Shown here piece by piece: positions 8,226 to 16,067 of a DNA stretch of 64,000 bases. The notes beneath the pieces are model-generated. The model was given only the letters and a program-made list of their open reading frames with translations. It was not told the DNA's origin and made no database searches. The translations under genes and the position numbers were made by a program. This stretch comes from a virus. The stretch is taken from positions 1 through 64,000 of the IMG/VR virus record IMGVR_UViG_3300046534_001250. One strand, written 5' to 3'. The first letter of the stretch is position 1, and every line of letters starts with the position of its first letter.

Positions 8226-8904
8226 ACCTACCTTCCTCAGGGCTGCCGCATGGGTAGGCCCGGCTATGTTGACCGACGTTGTTACTATCGTTGGTTGCGG
8301 AGCGACAGGATCATACATCGCAGTTGCTTTAGCCAAGATGGGATTCACCCAGTTCTGTATCTACGATTCAGATTTAGTAGAGCCACACAACTTGCCAAAC
8401 CAAGAGTATGACTCTCGGCATGTTGGAATGCTCAAGGTTGACGCTCTTGAGCTTAAATTGATGGAGTTTAATCCAGATATTACAGTCACAAAAAACAACG
8501 AGTTCTTCACCTCAGATACAGTCATTTCAGATTTCGGCCCAGTCATTTTGACTACAGATACCAATAGTAGTCGTGTCGAAATCATGAATGTATGTAAAGG
8601 AAATTTGATGGTTGACCACGTATTTGAAACCAGACTTGGGTTTCATCACGGCGAAGTTGCCATCGTTGATAATCATGATTCAGAATCCGTTGAAAAATGG
8701 CTGAATACAGTAAAGCCAGATGATGAAATACCAGATGGGCCTTGCAATGAGCGTACATGTACTACTCTAGTAATGATGATTGCCGCGTTTACCGTGCATC
8801 AAATCTGTGAGAAATACAGTGCAGCTACCAAAGATGAAAGATGGATATATAACAAACGAACTCTGATTCAAATGAATCCGAGTCTTACCGTACTCAGTAT
8901 GTAA
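8200..8904 (+). CDS. ThiF/E1-like ubiquitin-like activating enzyme
   Basis: IVGCGATGS; YDSDLVEPHNLPNQ; KV..L; TTD; TRLG; C-terminal Cys residues. Confidence 0.92.
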   Translation: MAIMSAVYRPTFLRAAAWVGPAMLTDVVTIVGCGATGSYIAVALAKMGFTQFCIYDSDLVEPHNLPNQEYDSRHVGMLKVDALELKLMEFNPDITVTKNNEFFTSDTVISDFGPVILTTDTNSSRVEIMNVCKGNLMVDHVFETRLGFHHGEVAIVDNHDSESVEKWLNTVKPDDEIPDGPCNERTCTTLVMMIAAFTVHQICEKYSAATKDERWIYNKRTLIQMNPSLTVLSM

Positions 8905-8913
8905 GGAGAAACA

Positions 8914-9129
8914 ATGGTTGTTTCACTAGTAATTTTCCCAGGCCGTGGCCTTGATGGACACGTCGTTCTTGAAGCAGGCGCAAGTTTGCAAGACCTCGTA
9001 AACAAGCGTGACCTTTCCGGTCGTAGCCTCTGCGTCAATGGCGAAGAAATTCCAAGCTCTGCTTGGGAATCTACCATTCTTGAAAGCGGCTGGGAAGTCG
9101 CTGCTCTGAGCCCTTCTAAGGGCAACTAA
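8914..9129 (+). CDS. Ubiquitin-like beta-grasp protein (ThiS/MoaD-like) ending KGN
   Basis: VNGEEIP..W.ST.LESG.EV pattern, penultimate Gly, strong AAGGAG RBS. Confidence 0.82.
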   Translation: MVVSLVIFPGRGLDGHVVLEAGASLQDLVNKRDLSGRSLCVNGEEIPSSAWESTILESGWEVAALSPSKGN

Positions 9130-9131
9130 TA

Positions 9132-9162
9132 GTACGAGCCCCTTCGGGGGCTCTACTTTTTT
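9132..9162 (+). terminator. Intrinsic terminator closing the Ubl operon
   Basis: GAGCCCC-TTCG-GGGGCTC then T tract. Confidence 0.85.
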
Positions 9163-9341
9163 ATAAAACTAAGACGTATAATTACGAGTTGCTATGTAGA
9201 AATCTCTACTTGCAACTATCTTTTTAAGAAGAATATACCGCGAACGCATTAAGCTAAGCAGTTGGCCCCTACCAATTACTATACGTCTCCGCATACAATA
9301 GGGAGCCTTTAAGGCAAACCAATACAAGGGGATCTTACTCA

Positions 9342-10271
9342 ATGTTACAAATCACAGACCTAACAGTTTCGCCACAGTTTGTTGATCAGATGTATTCAGA
9401 GGGAACTGTTAAGAAAAACGCTCCATCTAATATTCCAGTCAACAGCTATGTCTTGTTTAGGGATGAAACCAATCCAAAGCATACTGCTTTAGCTAGATAC
9501 TTAGGCGATAACACTTGGCAACGTATTGCATCTAATTCCAGTTTGCAAACACAAGGAATTTCTCCAAAAGATGCTTACCAATGCGCATTTGTTGATGCGC
9601 TAAAAGCTCCAGGAACACTACTCAACGTAGCAACTGGTGCGGCTGGAACAGGTAAGACTCTGCTTGCGATGGCACACGCTATTGACCAATGGATGACGAC
9701 TCGTAAAAAGATTATCTTGTCTAAGCCTACCTCTATGGTTGGTAGCGGATCCGCTTTTGGGCCTGTGCCTGGTGACATTGAACAAAAGTATGCACCTTAT
9801 CTGGCTTCTTACGATATCGTATTGAAGAAAGTGTTAGGAGACTCTTACACAGGTTTTGTCAATTCAGCTATGAAGAATGGAGACATCGAGTTTGTGCCAA
9901 TTGAATTGTCTCGCGGTTGCACTTATGAAAATGCAACCTTTATTCTCGATGAAGCACAGAACCTTTCATGGCATGAGTTAAACACCATCGTCTCTCGTAT
10001 GGGTCAAGGCACAAACCTTATTATCCTAGGGGATCTAAATCAAATCGATACAGATTCTTACAAAACAGATACAGGACTATGGAAGTTTCTACGAAGCACT
10101 CCGTTTAATAAGAGCAATATCACCAGTTCAATTCAGCTAAAGACTCAATACCGTAGTCCGATTACACAATTGGTCTCAGATGTAAACGATTGGATTATTG
10201 AAGATGCAAAGCAAGCAAGAAACAGTAGACGCGATCTTCCAGCAACTAACAGCACATCCGACGAAGGATAG
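9342..10271 (+). CDS. phoH: PhoH-like ATPase
   Basis: GAAGTGKT; PGDIEQK; RGCTY..FILDEAQN; GDLNQID; RS. Confidence 0.92.
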   Translation: MLQITDLTVSPQFVDQMYSEGTVKKNAPSNIPVNSYVLFRDETNPKHTALARYLGDNTWQRIASNSSLQTQGISPKDAYQCAFVDALKAPGTLLNVATGAAGTGKTLLAMAHAIDQWMTTRKKIILSKPTSMVGSGSAFGPVPGDIEQKYAPYLASYDIVLKKVLGDSYTGFVNSAMKNGDIEFVPIELSRGCTYENATFILDEAQNLSWHELNTIVSRMGQGTNLIILGDLNQIDTDSYKTDTGLWKFLRSTPFNKSNITSSIQLKTQYRSPITQLVSDVNDWIIEDAKQARNSRRDLPATNSTSDEG

Positions 10272-10464
10272 GCTTGAAGTTCTGGGGAATGTGTTTATAT
10301 TATTAGGAGCCGAGGGCCTTGAAGTCCCCGGCAACTTAGAAATTAATCAAGACAATATAACTGGACTAGCCTTAGCTCATCAGAAGAAACATGGAGAGAA
10401 TATCTCTACTACACTGGTGATGCAGGGGCTTACTATGCTTATATGGTTAGAAAACATAAAGTAA
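10198..10464 (+). CDS. Hypothetical protein
   Basis: Co-oriented ORF. Confidence 0.55.
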   Translation: MKMQSKQETVDAIFQQLTAHPTKDRLEVLGNVFILLGAEGLEVPGNLEINQDNITGLALAHQKKHGENISTTLVMQGLTMLIWLENIK

Positions 10465-10474
10465 GGAAAAGCAC

Positions 10475-10921
10475 ATGCCCAGACACGGCGTAATGAAATT
10501 TTATAAGTCTTTAGGCGCAGCACAATTTACGCTGCTGCCAGTAAAGCGAAACGATAAAGAATTTGTGGAAAGAGAAGGAGGTATTTTAGTTGAGGTCGCC
10601 CCAGGCGATGGCAAACGAGATAATCCAAACTGGGATTGGGACAGGAAGATCTCATTTGCAATTAGTTTTAACGACATTTGCAATCTCCTAGACCAAGACC
10701 CAGCTAAGCACCGCATCTTCCATAAACATAAGGACTCCCCCAAGACATTGCATTTTCAACCAGCTACCGATGAAAGGTATGCAGGTACGTTTATGCTACA
10801 GTTAGCAATGGGGTCCGGATCAAATAGACAAGCAGTATCAGTTCCCATTACAAATGGTGAACATGGCGCAATTATGCGTATGCTAGTAGCAGCACTACCT
10901 AAGTTAGTAGCATGGGAATAA
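10475..10921 (+). CDS. Whirly-like ssDNA-binding protein
   Basis: FYKSLGAA / REGGILVEVAP / WDWDRKISFAISFNDI / IFH..KTLHFQP / VPITNGE parallel the plant Whirly motifs in order. Confidence 0.75.
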   Translation: MPRHGVMKFYKSLGAAQFTLLPVKRNDKEFVEREGGILVEVAPGDGKRDNPNWDWDRKISFAISFNDICNLLDQDPAKHRIFHKHKDSPKTLHFQPATDERYAGTFMLQLAMGSGSNRQAVSVPITNGEHGAIMRMLVAALPKLVAWE

Positions 10922-11262
10922 AGAATCTCACCTGGAACATTGAAGTTCCAGATGGGAAGAGAGTAAAAATGACTTCGGAGCAGGTGATAAAGCTGCTATC
11001 CGATAAAGTCATGGAAGTCGAAAAAGAAGATATAGACCAACTAGTAGTGACGCTTGCAGATTACCTGGAAGCAAACTCTATGTTACGCAATTTGCGTGCT
11101 GTTGATACTATCCATCTAGGATTCGCAATAGGATATTACTATCGCGTATTTCTGGAGAAAAATGATGTTCAATTGGAGAACAAGGATGGGAATACAACCA
11201 GCAATAGCGGTGACATTGAAGCACCCGGCAGTTCACTCAGCAGCAATTCGGCTACTGACTGA
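10912..11262 (+). CDS. Hypothetical protein
   Basis: Co-oriented overlapping ORF. Confidence 0.6.
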   Translation: MGIKNLTWNIEVPDGKRVKMTSEQVIKLLSDKVMEVEKEDIDQLVVTLADYLEANSMLRNLRAVDTIHLGFAIGYYYRVFLEKNDVQLENKDGNTTSNSGDIEAPGSSLSSNSATD

Positions 11263-11407
11263 CTTCGCTACGATAGGGATCGTAGGAGCAGTCTCCTACA
11301 TACAAGATGCTCTCGCAAATAAAATCGCTGACAAGATCATCGAGAAAGAGAGACAAGAGGAAAAACAAAATGAGTGTACAGTACAACGCAACAGTGAACC
11401 TAGTTAA
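11186..11407 (+). CDS. Hypothetical protein
   Basis: AAGG before ATG; fills gap. Confidence 0.5.
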   Translation: MGIQPAIAVTLKHPAVHSAAIRLLTDFATIGIVGAVSYIQDALANKIADKIIEKERQEEKQNECTVQRNSEPS

Positions 11408-11777
11408 TACCCAAGGCAGCAGCTTACGAGCTTTTGCTACAGTCTTCGTCAAAATTGATGATGAATTCACTGTCGCCCTCAATGGCTTTCGTGTCATTGA
11501 AGGAAGCAAAGGTATTTTCGTGACCCCTCCCCAGACTAAGGCTAATAAGCCGGATGAAAATGGTAAGTTTAAATACTACAATGACATTCGATTCCTAGAA
11601 GAAGATCTGCCAGAAGGAACTTACGATGGCCCTCAAGAGAAGGCTGCGAAGGACGCTGTTCTAGAAGCCTATGGTGCCGCAATCGGAACCGCAACACGCG
11701 GAGGAGCCGCCTCCGCACAGGCAAATCAGCCTCAACGTACTGAGTCGCGTCCGACTCACACCCCCTCAAACTGGTAA
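11370..11777 (+). CDS. SpoVG-family nucleic-acid-binding protein
   Basis: LRAFATV..DDEF.V.LNGFRVIEGSKGIFV.PP..K...G..Y.DI; GAGG RBS. Confidence 0.85.
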   Translation: MSVQYNATVNLVNTQGSSLRAFATVFVKIDDEFTVALNGFRVIEGSKGIFVTPPQTKANKPDENGKFKYYNDIRFLEEDLPEGTYDGPQEKAAKDAVLEAYGAAIGTATRGGAASAQANQPQRTESRPTHTPSNW

Positions 11778-11780
11778 TAT

Positions 11781-11808
11781 AAAAGAGCGGCTGAAAGGCC
11801 GCTTTTTT
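11781..11808 (+). terminator. Intrinsic terminator
   Basis: AGCGGCT-GAA-AGGCCGCT-TTTTT. Confidence 0.8.
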
Positions 11809-11818
11809 ATTATCAATT

Positions 11819-12352
11819 ATGTCAATAACATTTGAGCAAGTAGATACTCAAGACATTGTTGACGAAGTAATAGCAACTGCGCAGAAGCACGGTGACATCA
11901 ATCAGGCGTTGATGGACCAATTTGAATTCTCAGGCAAGTCACTGACAGAGTGGATGGACGACGTAGCAGTCCCTATTCCAACTGAAGTGACCCCTGAGAA
12001 TTTTCGTAATGCCTTTACCCTCTGGGCTCGCAAGTTTCAGAAGGTTAACTACTATTACTCCATGGCTAATACCATGTTCTCAGCAATGAGTTCCGGTGGC
12101 GAGATTAAAAAGTCCGACTTGATATCCGCGCTAATGGAACACTACGCAAAAACGAAAGCAAAAAGACCTGCAGCTGCTACGCTTGAACGCATGGCAGACT
12201 CTTACATGGTCGATACAGTCAACACCCGTATCGCTGCTAAGATTGTACGTGACTTCTGGAAAGATCGTAAAGATACTTTGATTGAAGTTCGTAAAGCCTT
12301 AGAGTCGATCGGCATTTCCATGAACATGGAAATGAAATACCACGAGACCTAA
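11819..12352 (+). CDS. Hypothetical helical protein
   Basis: 177-aa ORF. Confidence 0.7.
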   Translation: MSITFEQVDTQDIVDEVIATAQKHGDINQALMDQFEFSGKSLTEWMDDVAVPIPTEVTPENFRNAFTLWARKFQKVNYYYSMANTMFSAMSSGGEIKKSDLISALMEHYAKTKAKRPAAATLERMADSYMVDTVNTRIAAKIVRDFWKDRKDTLIEVRKALESIGISMNMEMKYHET

Positions 12353-12353
12353 T

Positions 12354-12623
12354 ATGTTTGAAGGCCTACTCTTAGGAGCGCTAACTTACGCGTCAATGCT
12401 AATTACATTTTTCAAGGCACCCAAATGGATACAGCACCTACTTACAAAGTGGAAGCTGCTAACCGATGTGAGTGCCATGGTAATTGTCTATCTCATACTA
12501 GGAGGTATCAGTAAAAGTATTGTCGCTATCGTCGGTGCTATTTTTACTGGGTTGCTTGTCGGGGTGACACTTGAGTTGGCCGCAAACAAAATTACGAAAA
12601 AGGAAAGCACATGGATGACTTAA
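12354..12623 (+). CDS. Small multi-pass membrane protein
   Basis: Three hydrophobic segments, basic C-terminus. Confidence 0.7.
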   Translation: MFEGLLLGALTYASMLITFFKAPKWIQHLLTKWKLLTDVSAMVIVYLILGGISKSIVAIVGAIFTGLLVGVTLELAANKITKKESTWMT

Positions 12624-12874
12624 AACTAATGCTGAGCTCTGTATCCTTCCAGGAGACTCTTGCAAGTGATGTAGCTACTCGTATCCAGATGAACTCTGAG
12701 TTCCTCACAGACGACTTTGAGCGTCTTGTAGAGCTATTCACAAGTGTGTCTGCTACAGAAAACGGAGCAGACTTCTTAGCCTTGCTCCTTGGAGTAAGTT
12801 CACTAGAGGATTACTACACTGAGATAGTGGAACAGATTCTTGAAGATGAAGCTGCTGGTAACGAGATAGACTGA
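12611..12874 (+). CDS. Acidic hypothetical protein
   Basis: RBS AAGGAAAG. Confidence 0.6.
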   Translation: MDDLKLMLSSVSFQETLASDVATRIQMNSEFLTDDFERLVELFTSVSATENGADFLALLLGVSSLEDYYTEIVEQILEDEAAGNEID

Positions 12875-13455
12875 TGGAAGGCAGGAAAGATTTTGAAAAG
12901 ATTGCTCAGCAGATATTGCGTCAGGCAATGGATGATTACATTAAGTTGCAACATCCCAAGCAACGACGCAAGAAGTATCTGAAGGAGGCATGGTGGAGCG
13001 CTAACGATCTCTTTTTTGATCCATCCTTCAGGCTCGACAACCTAGAAGACGACAACAATCAAAGTATGTCGCTAACTGACTTCGTACAGGTAGCTGCAGA
13101 CAGAGAGAACGTCGACCTACAAAGACTGCGAGACTACTTAACCTCCACTTCTAAAGCCTACTGGGCAGAGCGCAATATGAGAACAGTAGAAATACCAAGC
13201 GACGTAGTTGTTGAAGGACATGCTTACGCTGTGTCTTACAACAAGGAAGATGCCTACGCCATAGACTATGACGAGAAAACCATCTGGCTGCCAGCATCGG
13301 CGCATAAGACGACGCAAGAAGAACAATTTTGTATTGCCGTCATGGAGGCAGTAGCTTTTCATACGGAAGCTAAGATGTCTCAGAAGGCTAGAAAGCAATT
13401 AGCTCAAGGCTGGTTCCGAGCACTCAAGGTAAACAACTGTTTTGTCGGAGACTAA
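12874..13455 (+). CDS. Hypothetical phage protein
   Basis: ILRQAMDDY N-terminal motif; TGATG overlap. Confidence 0.65.
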   Translation: MEGRKDFEKIAQQILRQAMDDYIKLQHPKQRRKKYLKEAWWSANDLFFDPSFRLDNLEDDNNQSMSLTDFVQVAADRENVDLQRLRDYLTSTSKAYWAERNMRTVEIPSDVVVEGHAYAVSYNKEDAYAIDYDEKTIWLPASAHKTTQEEQFCIAVMEAVAFHTEAKMSQKARKQLAQGWFRALKVNNCFVGD

Positions 13456-13880
13456 TAGCTCCACAACTCAAAGCCGTCATCAGAGTCTTTCCAGGCTTGG
13501 GTGACGGCTCTTCCACTGTATAGTTTATCTGCGTGGTGGATTATAAGCTGGGCACCAACGTCATCGAGAGCTTGTTGTTCTGGCAAGTCTTTACCAAGAT
13601 AGTCAGGACCTCTGATAAAGAACTTAGGCTGTAGCCTATGGATGAGTCTCGAAGGATCTTCTTCGTCAAAATGGACTACGTTACAAACGTATCTACAACT
13701 CTCCATCACTACGATTCTACTGCTTAGTCGAATCGCACAGTCACCATACTTTGCTTGTTGGTGCCTGTCACCATTTAAACCAACAGTCACGTCACCAAAT
13801 TTACTAGCGAACTTCAATAGCTCGACGTGTCCCTCATGAAGGACGTTGAACGTTCCTGAAACTAATACTTCAGCGCGCAT
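13452..13880 (-). CDS. Cytidylyltransferase-like nucleotidyltransferase (HldE/RfaE domain II-like, ADP-heptose synthase)
   Basis: GTFNVLHEGH (HxGH), VGLNGD, FDEEDP, RGPDY. Confidence 0.85.
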   Translation of the reverse strand: MRAEVLVSGTFNVLHEGHVELLKFASKFGDVTVGLNGDRHQQAKYGDCAIRLSSRIVVMESCRYVCNVVHFDEEDPSRLIHRLQPKFFIRGPDYLGKDLPEQQALDDVGAQLIIHHADKLYSGRAVTQAWKDSDDGFELWSY

Positions 13881-13891
13881 AGGAGCCTCCA
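13881..13891. promoter_or_regulatory. 11-nt spacer carrying RBSs for both divergent genes
   Basis: AGGAG on + and GGAGG on - between the two ATGs. Confidence 0.55.
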
Positions 13892-14641
13892 ATGGCAACA
13901 ACCATACTTAGTATAGCACTATTTGCTATAACTATTATTGCTATAGTAGTAGTCTACAGCAAGGCAGTCTCTGCTAACACGTCACGGCTTGAGATTGAAC
14001 GCCTGACCAACAGCATTGCTATACACGAAAGCAATCAAACTTATAAAGATGGCCGCATCACCCAACTAGCGACGGTCGTCGAAATGAAAGAGGCTCAGCT
14101 CGCAAAGGAGATACTCGCCACCGACAGGATTCGCTTCTTAACCACCAAGGTTATAAGAGACTTGGAGTCGGAACATCAAAAGCTTTTAGCCAACATGCGA
14201 GTTGAAGCAATCAAGGCCGAGAAGGCAATACGAGCTGATGCTATTGCTCGCTCTAAGACTGTCAATCACGGCTTCACGAGCGAGAACTTTGCACCGTTGC
14301 TAATGGACTTCAGTCATAAGGACTTTAGACACATGGGTGATCCGATTGATTACCTTGTCCCTGTAGGAGCTAGTGAGGTACGCGCGGGAACTAAAGATAA
14401 GATCGACAAGGTCATCCTCTTAGATATTAAGACCGGCAAAGCTCAACTAAATAAAGTACAACGGCGTATTAGAGACGCCATTGTTGAAGGTCGAATCTAT
14501 TTCGCCACATACAACACAGATACAAGTAACCTAAGGCTATGGCCAGAGGAAAAAACAGATGGAACTAAATCAGTCTTGGAACTTGAACCCAAGAGCACTC
14601 CCTCCGAAGAAGAATCAATTGCACCTAGTGATGATGCCTGA
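13892..14641 (+). CDS. Membrane-anchored PD-(D/E)XK nuclease (Endonuc_Holl-like)
   Basis: N-terminal TM, coiled coil, DAI.RS...G..SENFAP, GDPIDY, LDIKTGKAQL..VQRRIRDAI.EGRI. Confidence 0.8.
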   Translation: MATTILSIALFAITIIAIVVVYSKAVSANTSRLEIERLTNSIAIHESNQTYKDGRITQLATVVEMKEAQLAKEILATDRIRFLTTKVIRDLESEHQKLLANMRVEAIKAEKAIRADAIARSKTVNHGFTSENFAPLLMDFSHKDFRHMGDPIDYLVPVGASEVRAGTKDKIDKVILLDIKTGKAQLNKVQRRIRDAIVEGRIYFATYNTDTSNLRLWPEEKTDGTKSVLELEPKSTPSEEESIAPSDDA

Positions 14642-14777
14642 GGGGTTTGAACCAGAATATATGGTTCTTACATACTTAGGAAACAACATGTGGGGCGCAG
14701 ATGGAATCACGTCTATAAAGCTTGGCTTAAATCACATCCGAGCAGTCATGCCGATTATTCGCCCAATGGTGAAATAA
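14559..14777 (+). CDS. Small hypothetical protein
   Basis: TAATG-coupled to next gene. Confidence 0.45.
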   Translation: MELNQSWNLNPRALPPKKNQLHLVMMPEGFEPEYMVLTYLGNNMWGADGITSIKLGLNHIRAVMPIIRPMVK

Positions 14778-15823
14778 TGTCACGCATGCCAGTACCCGAT
14801 AGAATCCAATGCCCTCCCGTAGAGCAGCAAGAACTCTTCCCAGAGCAGGAGACCACACAGTGGGGAGATACCGTAGTTCCCGATCCTGTATCAGGCGCTA
14901 AGAAAGCGGATGCTTTAACAAATTGTGCTATTAAAAACGATGCTGGGAAACCTCGAATCGACCTTTTGCCAGTGCAACCACTATTAGACACAGCTAAAAT
15001 CTTTGCTTTTGGCGCTGCAAAGTATACAAAAACAGTTGACCTAGATAACAATTCTGCGCTTCAGTACCTGAAAGGAGAATTGTTAAAATGCGAAACTGTG
15101 ATGACTGTGCTAGCAAACACTATGCAAAAGGAAGATGTAGAAGGTGTTATGAAAAAAACCTTCGAGAATCTAATCCAGAATACGCTGAGCGCCAAAGGGA
15201 GAACTCTCGTCGATGGAGAGCAGATAATCCCGAACGTGTTGAGAAGGCGCGGCAAAAGCGTATGGCCTGCCCAAAACTCAGAAAGCGAGACGCTAACACT
15301 AAAGAGCGAATCAAACTGCGCCATCAAGGACTTACAAAAGAGTCAGCTAATTTGCTATTACAATTCCAATCAAATTGCTGCTCAATCTGCGAAAGAAATT
15401 TTGATGTCTGCACCAAGCACCTTGATCATTCACACGAGACAAAACTTGCAAGAGGCTATCTTTGTAGTCGGTGCAACAACGGATTGGGAATGTTTGGCGA
15501 CACTATTACTGGCCTTGAAAAAGCACTTCAATACCTCCTTGACCCACCAGCTAAGAACTTTATCAATAGGCAAAGGCGACCCAATTAGCTTGACAATTTC
15601 TGGAGAGCGTAATTGGGAGCAAGGTTTTCAATGGAGCAGAACGTACGCTGCGCTCCAACGCCACTTAATGGCGTGGTGGGCAGGAGAAAACACTGACGAC
15701 GAAAGCGGACAGAGTCACCTAGCACATGCTATGTGCAACTTAATGTTTTTGATGGAATTTGAAAACACACACGGAGAAAGAGATGATAGGCCAATTAGGA
15801 AGCCCGACACAACACGTAGATAG
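14777..15823 (+). CDS. dATP/dGTP diphosphohydrolase-like protein (DUF5664) with a 192-codon in-frame insertion
   Basis: KNDAGKPRIDLLP..FGAAKY|insert|GERNWEQG...AALQRHL.AW..GE..D.ESG..HLAHA.CNL. Confidence 0.85.
   Translation: MSRMPVPDRIQCPPVEQQELFPEQETTQWGDTVVPDPVSGAKKADALTNCAIKNDAGKPRIDLLPVQPLLDTAKIFAFGAAKYTKTVDLDNNSALQYLKGELLKCETVMTVLANTMQKEDVEGVMKKTFENLIQNTLSAKGRTLVDGEQIIPNVLRRRGKSVWPAQNSESETLTLKSESNCAIKDLQKSQLICYYNSNQIAAQSAKEILMSAPSTLIIHTRQNLQEAIFVVGATTDWECLATLLLALKKHFNTSLTHQLRTLSIGKGDPISLTISGERNWEQGFQWSRTYAALQRHLMAWWAGENTDDESGQSHLAHAMCNLMFLMEFENTHGERDDRPIRKPDTTRR
15026..15601 (+). mobile_element. 576-nt insertion carrying an EndoVII-type endonuclease, stop-free in host frame
   Basis: Removing it restores GAAKY-GERNW. 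Confidence 0.75.
15088..15588 (+). CDS. Endonuclease VII-family (putative homing) endonuclease, nested in alternate frame
   Basis: CDDC..HYAKGRCRRCY; CSIC...LDHSHET..ARGYLCSRCNNGLGMFGD; own AAGGAG RBS. Confidence 0.88.
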   Translation: MRNCDDCASKHYAKGRCRRCYEKNLRESNPEYAERQRENSRRWRADNPERVEKARQKRMACPKLRKRDANTKERIKLRHQGLTKESANLLLQFQSNCCSICERNFDVCTKHLDHSHETKLARGYLCSRCNNGLGMFGDTITGLEKALQYLLDPPAKNFINRQRRPN

Positions 15824-16067
15824 ATTTGGTAACCGAATCTACCTTGGTGACCTAGTGTTACAAACAGGTAAGTATAGTACTGGACTAGTACTTGTAATCG
15901 TGGGGGAAACCAAATGCAATGTCAGGGGAAAACAAACGCGTCGTCTTACAGATGCATTTTCAAGTGAAGGCGAAATCTTTCGTCCCAATAATCTAGTCAC
16001 ACTAGCGTCTATGAAGCAACTAGAAGCCAATAACTCTCAAGCTATTGCGGACTTTTTCACATGCTAG
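15783..16067 (+). CDS. Small paralog 1 (D-x2-G-x2-I-x2-GD family)
   Basis: GSPTQHVDRFGNRIYLGDLV. Confidence 0.7.
   Translation: MIGQLGSPTQHVDRFGNRIYLGDLVLQTGKYSTGLVLVIVGETKCNVRGKQTRRLTDAFSSEGEIFRPNNLVTLASMKQLEANNSQAIADFFTC

Noticed and set aside
8200-9129. Thiamine or molybdopterin biosynthesis (ThiF/ThiS)
   Set aside because: No thiG/moaE/sulfurtransferase nearby; E2-like and JAB neighbours favour conjugation
15026-15601. Intein or group I intron explanation for the DUF5664 insert
   Set aside because: No terminal His-Asn followed by Cys/Ser/Thr, and no recognisable ribozyme core or room for one outside the nuclease ORF
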